Shown: positions 12,424-22,400, numbered from the stretch's first letter. The stretch: DNA of 25,021 bases from Octopus sinensis (GCF_006345805.1 NW_021836190.1:1-25021), one strand, 5' to 3'. Translations and numbers: made by a program. Notes: generated by a model from the letters alone, not told the origin.

Positions 12424-12599
12424 GCATATACAAACGCATAAGTGTGTCTGTCTGACTCGATTCCATCTGTCCACGGCAAATCGAAATTCTCCGATTGAAT
12501 AATTCCAAAACAACACTCACCAGACACGTGGCGAAGAATTTTCGAAAAGTTCTTTATTCTTGTATATTTTTTTTTGGCAAAAATAGGAAAGCAGAAAAG

Positions 12600-12712
12600 T
12601 TTGGCGTTTTGTATCGACACATTCTGATTTCAAATCCCGTCAAAAATCTACCTCCGTTTCTCATCTTTCCAGAGTTGACAAAGTACCAAACGAGTACTGG
12701 AATCAATATAAC
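12600..12712 (+). mobile_element. Highly degraded SINE family B
   Basis: cattctgatttcaaatcccg...aagtaccaaacgagtactggaatc. Confidence 0.5.
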
Positions 12713-12759
12713 GCAACACACACACACAATAACAGTGCTATAATGAAGGAGAAACAACA

Positions 12760-12862
12760 CGATGCCGGATAAGACGACAGTACCGGATTAGATGACAGTG
12801 ATGCAGTAGATGACATTCACATTACTAGATGAGTGCCGGATTAGAAGGCAATAGCGGATTAG
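12760..12862. repeat. Degenerate ~18-bp minisatellite (agtgccggattagatgac-like)
   Basis: Repeated ccggatta/ggattag units: gatgccggataagacgac, agtaccggattagatgac, agtgccggattagaaggc, agcggattagc. Confidence 0.7.
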
Positions 12863-13012
12863 CATACAATATAAGATTGACCGAAACTGTAAGGACATCT
12901 GGTAATTTGACTAAAGAAAGAAGGCCACGAATGAGCCGTCCTTTTTTTTTTCCCCGATCTCTCTAATTATTATTTTTCTGTCCACCTTTGTATCGTCTAT
13001 CTATCCGAATGT
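12862..13012. mobile_element. Dispersed ~150-bp repeat, copy 1 (copy 2 at about 16395-16535)
   Basis: Both copies share catacaatataagatt..ccgaaactgtaaggacatctggtaa...agaaagaaggccacgaatga..cgtcctttttt...ctctaatt...tttgtat.gtctatct. Confidence 0.8.
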
Positions 13013-13042
13013 TTTATTGCCCTCTATTGCGCTTTTGTTCCA

Positions 13043-13072
13043 TTATATATATATATATATAATATATTATAT

Positions 13073-13118
<46 letters not shown>

Positions 13119-13159
13119 CATATATATATATATATATACATATATATACATAACAACAC

Positions 13160-13207
<48 letters not shown>

Positions 13208-13216
13208 CATATATAC

Positions 13217-13308
<92 letters not shown>

Positions 13309-13325
13309 TATATATATATATATAT
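13043..13325. repeat. Compound (TA)n microsatellite
   Basis: Directly visible. Confidence 0.95.
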
Positions 13326-13577
13326 GAAGGTACCGTGAGCAACTACATCGATAAATATAGAAATCCAAAATACTTCTGTGCCACAGAATAGTCTCAAATC
13401 TAATACAGGGATGGTAGGAAAAAATTCCAGTGAACATTAAAAACGTCTTACCTCTGCTAGGTCAGCGCAAGCATTACCCGTCAACCTGGAATCGGTTTCG
13501 AAACTGCCGACTATTTTGTAGTAGAGAAGTATTTTTGACTTCTCTTTCTAGCGATGTAGGTGCTCATGTGGTGTCTT
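13326..13577. mobile_element. Inverted-repeat (MITE/foldback-like) element
   Basis: Arms 13335-13393 and 13509-13567 align ungapped as reverse complements, 47 of 59 identical by hand count, with a ~115-bp spacer. Confidence 0.65.
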
Positions 13578-13578
13578 C

Positions 13579-13618
<40 letters not shown>

Positions 13619-13829
13619 TGTATGCATGTATTTTACGCACACACACATACACACACACATACACAACACACACTCACACAACTTACACACACATACACAT
13701 ATACATACACACTCACACACACGCACTCACATACACACACACGTACATACACACACTCACACACTCCGCCCCAACCGACCTCCACACATATGGAAATACA
13801 GGGGAAGTGCGTTAGACCATCCCTGCCGA

Positions 13830-13986
13830 ATAGCCATGCCTGCGGGCTTCCATATAGTTTCCTTCTACGAATATCAATCATAAGGCCTTGATTGACCCGG
13901 TGAAAGACATTTGACTAACGAGCTGTGCAATGGGACTGAACTCAAAACTACATCGTCGCAAATCGAGTTTCTTAACCACACGGCCT
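13830..13986 (-). mobile_element. Old SINE family A-like 5' part
   Basis: cgggcttcc..agtttcc.tctac...aaggccttg...tgggactgaactc...ttaaccacacggcc. Confidence 0.55.
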
Positions 13987-14520
13987 CTCGGCTGCACCTG
14001 TCTTGATTAAAATGCTACAGGCAGAATTGCTGTGCTGGCTTCAGGTGTCTGTGCTACTGATACAGTTAATATTGCCAGTTTTATTAATATTACAGCCGCA
14101 AGGAAGTAAAAAAAAGAGAAAAACCTTCACAGAAACTAATTTTAGAGTAACTAACAAGGCGTTCTCTACAGGTTTTCACCTGCTGTTATTAATTATTACT
14201 GCCTTTTCGGATCAAAGGTGTCCGATCTTGCAATCATTTACTGCAGTAACAGCAAAATTTTTTTATCGCCTACCAACAATGCTAAAAACTTTCGCTAGTC
14301 GTTATACTAAAAGCTGAAGAACTTTTTTTTAGCTCAAAGGTTGAAGTGAAAGAGCTGAGAAAAACAATGAATCTTTAATTTAACAAATTCATTGATATAT
14401 AATACATATTAAGTTACTGTTCTTTTGGTGGCGTTTAGGCAGTACTTTCTCCCCACCCCAAAAAAATATCGAAAAATTTCTCCCCTGGTCCTCCTATATG
14501 CCAAGTTAAGCCTCCGTAAT

Positions 14521-14764
14521 CTTTTAGCATTTACTTGTTTCAGTCATTAGACTGTGGCCGTGATGGAGCACTGCCTTGAAATTTCTTGTCGAATGAATCG
14601 ACCTCAGTAATTTTTCCTGTTAAGCTTGATGCCTATTCTATCGTCGCTTTTGTCGAACCGCTAAGTAATGGGTACGTAAACACACCAACGCTGGTTGCCA
14701 AGTGGTGGTAGAGTACAAACACAGATATAAAGATATACATACATAGACAGACACACACATACAT

Positions 14765-14812
<48 letters not shown>

Positions 14813-14963
14813 GACGGGCTTCTTTCTGTTTCCGTCTACCAAATCCACTCAGAAGGCTTTGATCGATCAGAGGCTATTGTAGGAGACACTTGCCCAAGAA
14901 GCCAGGCAGTGGGACTGAACCCGGAACCATGTGGTTAAGAAGCAAACGTCTTACTACATGACC
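14521..14963 (-). mobile_element. Full-length SINE family A, diverged
   Basis: Reverse complement of both the family A tail (tacttgtttcagtcatt.gactgtggcc) and head (gggactgaacccggaaccatgtggtt). Confidence 0.85.
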
Positions 14964-15291
14964 ACGATAAAAGCTTTTTTTTTTTTCTTGGATAGACGTT
15001 GCTGAAGGTGGGGTGCTTCTAATACGTCCATGCGTCTTTTACGCCATCAAACAGTGTTTTGATGTTAATGTTGAAACAGGTTTTTTTTTCCTGCGGCTAT
15101 TTAACGATTTGTCAATGAATTTTTTGAAATCTCAATGCAAGCAAAATTTCGTCAATGGGTCAAGGGTTGTCTTCCTCTGCTTTATACGACCTGCTAGAAA
15201 TAGTACCAAGTTCTCCCACAGATCATTCCCAGATCATTCCACAGATCTCCCACAGATCATCGCTTGAAAACCGATGTTCCCCGTCCATTAT

Positions 15292-15440
15292 CGGTTCGGC
15301 AAAAAGAAACCGATAGAATAATTACTAGGCTTACAAAGAATAAGTCCTAGGATCAATTTGTTCGACTGAAGACGGTGCTCCAGCATGGCCGCAGTGAAAT
15401 GACTAAAACAGGTAAAAGAATAAAAGAATAAAAGAAAAAC
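15292..15440 (+). mobile_element. SINE family A 3' half
   Basis: cggttcggcaaaaaga.accgatagaataa...gacggtgctccagcatggccgcagtgaaatgactaaaacaggtaaaagaataaaagaa. Confidence 0.85.
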
Positions 15441-16148
15441 AGTATATATATATAACTATACACACACACATACACACACACACACACACACCACACACAC
15501 ACAACACACACACACACACACGCGCACATACGCACACACACACATATATATATAACGGGTGAGTAATACGAGTTGAAGAAGTATAGAAACGGAAATGAAG
15601 TTGGAAATGTACTGGAAGTCTTTGAAAAAAATTATATTTTTCATGTGTGTATGTGTGTGTGTGCGAACGTGTGTGAATATATGTGTGTGTGTATACATAT
15701 ATACACAATTTGTTAGTGTGTGTCATTCATGTGCAACTAATGTATTCACACACGTTCACACACACACACGTTCACATACATGCACACACACACACACACA
15801 AATGCGTACACATGCACGCATGCGCACACCTGCACATTTTAATTAGCACACCTACAACTGGTTTCTCACAAAAGACAGTTTATGATTCTCTTTTCTTATA
15901 GGTTGTTTCATTTATTGATTTTTTTTTTAATCATTTTTTTTTTCACGTTTTTATGTAACTTTTATTTAAACATCTCACATTAATGAAATTTTAATGCTTT
16001 TCATGTAGCTGCTGCGATTCTCGATGTTGTTCTTGTCATTGTTTTGTGTTGTTGTCATCAATGTTTATCTGTGTTTTAATGCGTTGCATTAATAGTCCTT
16101 GAGGCAAATAGATCGTTGCTATTATTATTATTATTATTATTATCATCA

Positions 16149-16189
<41 letters not shown>

Positions 16190-16263
16190 TATTATTCGAT
16201 TATTATTATTGTTATTATTATCATCATCATCATTATTATTATTATTATTATTATTGTTATTAC

Positions 16264-16670
16264 TAAGGCGGCGAGGTAGCATATTCGTTAGCATGCCGGG
16301 CGAAATGAATAACAGTATTTCGTCTGCTCCTACGTTCCGAGTTCAAATTCCGCATATGGCAAGCGAGTTTATCAGTAAATTAATAAAATACGTACATACA
16401 ATATAAGATTACCCGAAACTGTAAGGACATCTGGTAACTTGTCTGAAGAAAGAAGGCCACGAATGACACGTCCTTTTTTGTTTTCCTGTCCCTCTAATTG
16501 TTGTTTTCCCCGTCCCCTTTGTATGGTCTATCTGTCGACTTTCCTTTCATCCTTTCGGGGTCGATTAAAGAAATACCAGTTACGCACTGGGTCGACATAA
16601 TCGACTTAATCCCTTCCCCCAAATTTGAGGCCTTGTGCTTCCAGTAGAAAGATTATTATTATTATTGTTG
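16264..16670 (+). mobile_element. SINE family B interrupted by a ~183-bp insertion (16353-16535)
   Basis: The head ends ...gttcaaattccgc at 16352 and the body resumes gtcgactttcctttcatcc at 16536. The consensus is contiguous there (aaattccgccgaggtcgac). Confidence 0.75.
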
Positions 16671-16794
16671 TTGTGTTGTTGTTGTTGTTGATGATGATGT
16701 TGTTACTGCTATTCTCATAGCTATAATGATTTACATAAACAATGTGGATTCATATTGTTAGTGGATAAGCATATTAGATAACAATGAATGTTTG

Positions 16795-17025
16795 ATAATA
16801 ATAATAAAAACGGTTTCAAATTTTGGCACAAGGCCAGCATTTTCGAGGAAGGGACTAAGTCATTTACATTGGCCACAGTTTTCAACTGGTACTTATTTTA
16901 TTGACCCGGAAATGGTAGAAAGCAATGTCTACCCCGGCGGTTTTTGAACCCAGAAAGTAAAGACAGGCCTAACGCTGCTAAGGATTATGTCCGGCACGCT
17001 AATGTTTCTGCCAGCTCGCCGCCTT
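16795..17025 (-). mobile_element. SINE family B, diverged
   Basis: ttttggcacaaggccagc...aactggtacttattttattgaccc...gtttctgccagctcgccgcctt. Confidence 0.8.
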
Positions 17026-17037
17026 AACAACAACAGC

Positions 17038-17078
<41 letters not shown>

Positions 17079-17081
17079 AAC

Positions 17082-17120
<39 letters not shown>

Positions 17121-17254
17121 CTACACATCCTACGCAGAACACTTTCCATACAATAACCATCAGAGCATCACAACAAATCACAGCACATACCCATGGCACA
17201 CAGAGCTGCGCTCGGTAGTGAAGTGAAAGCACGCTATAGAAATAAAACTACTGA

Positions 17255-17255
<1 letters not shown>
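17121..17255 (+). mobile_element. 5'-truncated 3' end of an R4/Dong-like LINE inside (TAA)n
   Basis: Reads LHILRRTLSIQ*, resembling the GTAHILRKVL-type C-terminus of R4/Dong elements. A short 3' UTR follows, with (AAT)n on both sides. Confidence 0.6.
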
Positions 17256-17316
<61 letters not shown>

Positions 17317-17440
17317 GATGATTAGAATTATCATTGTTGTCACAAATGCAGGAATAGTGATTTTTTTTTTTCCTAAAGGCGAAACTCATTGTGTGTGTTA
17401 TAGGCACAATTTATACATTTGGATGAAGAAGAAAAATATT

Positions 17441-17655
17441 ACTAATTTTGGTACAAGGCCGGCAATTTTGAAGAGTAAAGGGTCAGTTGATTGCATGGAC
17501 CACAGTATGTAACTGGTACTTATTATATCAACCTATTATATCCCCCTACATGGCCTTGCTTTTTGAGCCAAATAATTAACTTAACTTAACTAACCTCGGA
17601 TGGATGAAAACGAAAGCTGACCTCAGCGGCATTTGAACTCAGAATTTAAAGACTC
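17441..17655 (-). mobile_element. Degraded SINE family B with internal insertion
   Basis: ttttggtacaaggccggc...aactggtactta...gacctcagcggcatttgaactcagaa. Confidence 0.65.
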
Positions 17656-17895
17656 GGAAGAAAAGCATTTGTGTTTTAGGTGGTGGTGGCGGTGGCGGTG
17701 GCGGTGGTGGCAGTGGTGTGGGGGAGGGGTAATATTATTCGATGTAATTGGAACTTCGCTAACAAACTGGTATTCATTCATTTTTCTCATGTGGCCGCTA
17801 ATTTAAAGTACATTCAAGTACCCTGTTTCCAAATTAAGCATTTCTGCCAAAAGTCTGAACTCTTTATCATTTTTAATTATCACTAAAAAGAACCC

Positions 17896-18093
17896 TTAGC
17901 ACACCGGGGGAAATGCCTAGCGACATTTCACCCGTCTTTACGTTCTGAGTTCAAATCCCGCCAAGTTCGCCTTTGCTTTATCATCCTCTGGGGGTCGGAA
18001 ATTTAAGTACCAGTGAAACATTAAGGTCGATGTAATCGATTATTCCCTTCCCCCCAAATTTCGGGCCCTGTGCTCTTAGTAGAAAGAATTATT
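17896..18093 (+). mobile_element. SINE family B
   Basis: cgttctgagttcaaatcccgcc...aagtaccagt...gtcgatgtaatcga...cccccaaatttcgggccctgtg...agaaagaattatt. Confidence 0.85.
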
Positions 18094-18502
18094 AACCATC
18101 AATATGACAATCATTTGTTTTCTTCGACAGATTCATGCAAGTTTTCACTGTTTGTGTGGTGAGTCGAGCATCGTCTTTCGGGGATGCGGAGGAAATGTGT
18201 TCGCATGCCACGAGGGTGGGTGGGGGTGGATGGCGAGGAGGTGGGTAGTGTATGCGTGTGTGTAAGTTTGAATAATAGAATGAAAATGCCAAGAAGCAAA
18301 CAACAGTTTTCAAGAGTTCCAATCGTATATACACCCATTTTGTTACGTCATCAGATGTAACATTGCATGAATTTTATACTACATGTATAATATATATATA
18401 TATATACACAGAATGGACACATCATTTGCATGAAAGACTAAAAGAGTGCATATACATAACATGTGTGTGTGTAAATATACATTTATAAATATATATGCAT
18501 AA

Positions 18503-18548
<46 letters not shown>

Positions 18549-18754
18549 GCATTTAATATATATATATATGTATATATATATGCACATATAAATATTCGTA
18601 TATATATATATGTGTGTAAATATATATATGCATATATATATATGTGTGTGTGGTATTTGTGTGTGTATAGAGACATATACATATATAGAACATATATACA
18701 CATACATTTATATATGTATATATACATACATTTATATATATATATACATTTATT

Positions 18755-18787
<33 letters not shown>

Positions 18788-19191
18788 CAGAGAGAGAGAG
18801 AGAGAGAGAGAGGCTTAGTCGCTTCTAGAGATTTTATGGTTTGTCTGTTCGTCGTGTGGACTCCAAGCCATGTGAATGGTATTATTTGGTTGGTAGTTGA
18901 TAGTATTCTCTGAGTGCAATGTGAAGTGTGTTAATGTGTTTTAGTGTCGCACGGTGATGTGCTGGGTAGAAGCCTGTGTGCAACTGCAATATCGATGCAG
19001 ACTGTATGTGAAAGGCAATACAGTGTATACACAATATACAATAGACAGTATGGTGCTTGTACACGAAGGAGATGTACTTTCTCTGTGCAAAGAACTAAGT
19101 ATAAAAATGGCTTATTTATATTTTTAAAAAAATGAATATTTGCAACACCCATAGCGTGTGCTTGTAGAGTGCGGGCGTGTGTGAGTGTGTG

Positions 19192-19223
<32 letters not shown>

Positions 19224-19299
19224 CGTGTGTGTGCGTGCTTGTGTGTGTGTGTGTGCGCGTGTGTTTGTGTGTGTGTGTGAGTGTGTGTGCGTGTGTGTG

Positions 19300-20000
19300 T
19301 GTGCAGTGGTATAACGGAGAATGTGCGGGTTTTGTGGACCCAACAGAGCGGCCACGTCGCATACGTATATGAACTGTAGTCGAAAGTATGTCAGGTTTGA
19401 GAGGGGTGACCCGGGTAGAAGACGGCCAAAGCCCACGCTATGCCGCTGGGTTTGTATTTTCACGTTCATTTTTCTTCCTAAAGCTTTGTAAGTCTTTGCG
19501 TAGAAAATATGATTGGATTCGGCCATTTTTCGGGTAGCATCCATCTGCCGCTTCTCGTCTACCCTTTTCATTTACCGGGTGCCGATGCTCTCCCTTTCTT
19601 TCACCTTATAATTACGCAAGCGCAACATTAACAGCACTAGAAGACCTGCATCCTGGCTGGAACGGTGGACTTGGCACGCTGCACGCTTGCACTGACACAC
19701 AGACAGCCCTTCTGCGGGCAAATCAGTGCGGTTTCGCTCCTCTCTGTTGCTGGTTGCAGCGGATGCGGGAGTAGTGATAATGTTGCTGTTGGTATTACTG
19801 TTGCTGGCGCCGCTGGTGGCGGCGGTGCTACTGCTGCTGTTATTGTTGTTGTTGCTGCTGCTGTGAGGGTTCGTATCTATTGCAAAGCTGGTTGTGTACG
19901 ACGGAGGGTCGAGCGGCCGCTGCGCCGATACAGTGGCGACCCGATGCCGGCTGAGGCGCTGGCCCATTCTTAGGTGTTTACCTCGAAACCGCAACCTGGA
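19300..20000. promoter_or_regulatory. CpG-rich unique segment around the candidate 5' coding exon; CCAAT (attgg) and YY1-like (cggccatttt) motifs at about 19513-19530
   Basis: Many CpGs and higher GC than the surrounding DNA. The motif calls are short matches only. Confidence 0.35.
19576..19967 (-). CDS. Candidate first or internal coding exon: [24 protein letters not shown]..., Ser/Asn/Thr-rich
   Basis: ATG at 19967 in good Kozak context (agaATGG). Upstream acceptor ttatttccag| would give exon 19995-19576 (420 nt, phase 2-2). Donor cccg|gtaaat contains the ORF stop. The end phase matches the 3771-3079 exon. Confidence 0.55.
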
Positions 20001-20399
20001 AATAACGCCAACAAGTGCTTGTCTTTCATTTCACTCCCTCCCTCTCTTTCTCCCTCTCATCTCTCTCTCTCTCTCTCTGCCTTTCCATCTCTCTTATATC
20101 CACCCACAACACTCACACCCCCACACACAACACTCCATACCATCGGGAGTAGCAGTAACAGAATGCTTTACATGTATATGTAGCTGCTCACTTCGACTAC
20201 CACGATGCCGTGTGTACCATCATAACACCATTACCATGAACAGCAAGATTGCCACCACCACTGCCACCACCGCAACCATCAATTACATGAATTCTACCAC
20301 TACCATCAACACACCACCAATACACACGCATGCACAATGCACACGTATGCGTCGTGGCGTCAGTGCTGTGGTTGTAGTATGTGTATGGGAGGGGTGCAG

Positions 20400-20444
<45 letters not shown>

Positions 20445-20607
20445 CATATATACACATACATACACACATGTGTATATATATAAGTATATGCATATATACA
20501 CATACACACACATGCATGTATATATATATATATATAGATGTATATATGTGAATGTATATATATATACATACATATATTTGTGTGTTATGTATATATATAT
20601 GCACGTG

Positions 20608-20640
<33 letters not shown>

Positions 20641-20700
20641 TACCTGTTAGATATATATGCATATATATATATTTACATATATTTGTGTGTGCGTGTATGC

Positions 20701-20733
<33 letters not shown>

Positions 20734-20829
20734 ATATATATATTATATACATAACCTGTCCTAAATATATATGCATATACACAAATATATATATATGTAT
20801 ATATACACACACACACACACACATATATA

Positions 20830-20867
<38 letters not shown>

Positions 20868-20900
20868 ATATATAAACATTATATATTATATATATATGCG
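20400..20900. repeat. Compound (TA)n/(TACA)n microsatellite
   Basis: Directly visible; similar tracts at 18485-18790 and 24120-24310. Confidence 0.9.
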
Positions 20901-20995
20901 CTACCTTTGACACCATTGCCGCTAACATCACAACAAACCCATTCAAACAAATACAGCCTCCATCATTCCAGAACCACATCAATCAACAGCCTTAC

Positions 20996-21198
20996 CGCCA
21001 ACACCACCGCCACCATACTCAGCAACAATTTCATCAATACAGCTACAACTACTACTACTGCTACTGCTGCTGCTGCCATTATTGTCACATATACATCTCT
21101 GCTGCCAGCGACATCATCGCCGTCGCCAGCAGTTACAGTTGTTTCTTTGTCGTCGAACGTCGCCGAGACTGGCAGCATCCGAATGATGCCCTTGTCTC
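20996..21198 (-). other. Possible upstream (5' UTR) exon of the minus-strand gene
   Basis: Long (CT)n tract then gttctgtctgccag| acceptor, CpG-rich body, donor ggcg|gtaagg. Not in frame with the next exon. Confidence 0.3.
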
Positions 21199-21402
21199 CT
21201 GGCAGACAGAACATCAGATCGATCGTTGTGTACGGAAGAGAGACAGAGAGAGAGGAGAGAGAGAGAGAGAGAAAGAGGGAGGAAGACAAACAGACAGACA
21301 GAGGGAGAGAACAATTGCCAGGTAGAAGAGGGAGGCGGAGAGACACGGAGCAAGACAGAGAAGACAGACAATAGAGACGTAGACAAGTCTTGTAGATATA
21401 TA

Positions 21403-21580
21403 TACAGTCATTTGACTGCGGCCATGCAGGAGCAAATCGACCCCAGGACTTATACTTTGTAAGCCTAGTACTTATTCTATCGGTCTCTTATGCCGAACCG
21501 CTAAGTTACGGGAACGTAAACACACCAGCATCGGTTGTCAAGTGATGTTGAGGGGACAAACACAGACACACAAACATACA
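21403..21580 (-). mobile_element. SINE family A 3' half
   Basis: cagtcatttgactgcggccatgc...aagcctagtacttattctatcggtctc...gtaaacacaccagcatcggttgtcaag. Confidence 0.85.
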
Positions 21581-21606
21581 CACACACACACATATATATA
21601 TATATA

Positions 21607-21836
21607 TTATTATTTTTATTTATTTTATTTTATCTAGTTTCAGCTCACGAGCTGTGGCCATGCTGGGGCACCGCCATTTGGTGTTGCTACATGATTTTAC
21701 TTCACGAATGCTTTTAGCAACTGCCATTTGGTGCATGAGAGAGTTCGACGCAGCTGCCCTCATCTGCACCTCCTGCCGTGAAGTTGGTTCATCTGGGATA
21801 CCTGACAGGAAGAGATCCAGTTTTATTTTAAAGACA
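21607..21836 (-). mobile_element. 3' end of a CR1-like LINE with (TAAAA)n tail
   Basis: Minus strand reads VFKIKLDLFLSGIPDEPTSRQEVQMRAAASNSLMHQ, the KLDxFLxxIPDEP...SNSL C-terminal motif of CR1-group elements, then ggcggtgccccagcatggccacagctcgtgagctgaaactagataaaataaaa. Confidence 0.7.
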
Positions 21837-22023
21837 TCTGCATATATGTATGTATTTATGTATGTATATATATATAATGTATATATATAAGTATAAGTTA
21901 GTGGTGTTTAAAGCTTCTAAGTGATAGATGTATCCAAAGACACTCCTCAGTAAGTGTGGTCCTTAGTATAAGGTATACGGCTGCTGCAGGTAATCTAAAC
22001 GGTAAACCGTAGTTTAATGTATT

Positions 22024-22167
22024 TATAGACGATAAGAAAATGGAGGGAAAACAACAATGAGAAGTGTGTCTTCGGTGTTAAAAAGCCATTGTTTAATTAG
22101 TAATAGGTTTCTAGCACCAAAGACACACTTCTCATTGTTGTTTTCCTCTATTTTCTTATCGTCTATA
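22024..22167. mobile_element. 144-bp near-perfect palindrome (foldback/MITE-like)
   Basis: tatagacgataagaaaatggagggaaaacaacaatgagaagtgtgtcttcggtgttaaaaagcc pairs with ggtttctagcaccaaagacacacttctcattgttgttttcctctattttcttatcgtctata. TA at both ends. Confidence 0.85.
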
Positions 22168-22201
22168 TATATATATATTATAGGACAATCAGTAAGTTGT
22201 C

Positions 22202-22266
22202 ATAATAGAACTCAGAGTTTCAAATGCCGGAGCTAAGAGCTTCGAGGTATTTTCATCGGCTGTTTT
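22202..22266 (-). ncRNA. Candidate degenerate minimal type I hammerhead ribozyme motif
   Basis: Minus strand: aaaacag-CCGATGA-aaatacc...ggcattt-GAAAC-tctga-GTT-ctattat. The core has U4C, stem II is extended, stem III is quasi-palindromic (CTC-T-GAG), and stem I pairs 5 of 7. Confidence 0.4.
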
Positions 22267-22275
22267 TTTCGGCTA

Positions 22276-22400
22276 ACACTCACAAGGCTTTGGTCGGCCC
22301 GAGGCTATAGTAGAATACACTTGCCTAAGGAACCAGGCAGTGGGACTGAACCCGGAACAATGTGGTTGGGAAGCAAACTGCTTACCACACAGCCACGCCT
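22276..22400 (-). mobile_element. SINE family A 5' part
   Basis: cacaaggctttggtcggcccgaggctatagtagaa...gggactgaacccgg...ttaccacacagccacgcct. Confidence 0.85.

Noticed and set aside
12760-12862. Spaced short repeats resembling a CRISPR-like array
   Set aside because: Degenerate head-to-tail minisatellite without unique constant-length spacers, in a eukaryotic context with no cas genes.
13014-13437. Long ORFs of YI/IY, CV, HT repeats here and at 7678-8306, 18483-18828 and 19894-21374
   Set aside because: These are translations of (TA)n, (CA)n and (TACA)n microsatellites that lack stops by construction.
16410-16475. GAAAC...CTGAAGA as a possible type II hammerhead
   Set aside because: Stem II does not pair, and the second copy (12880-12930) has ctaaaga.
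18320-18360. CTGATGA-cgta...tacg on the minus strand as a possible hammerhead
   Set aside because: Followed by GATT rather than GAAA, with no stem I or stem III.
19116-19571. In-frame continuation ORF MKRVDEKRQ... suggesting stop-codon readthrough of the 19994 ORF
   Set aside because: The intervening TAA is better explained as part of the splice donor GTAAAT, and the ORF runs into a (CA)n tract.
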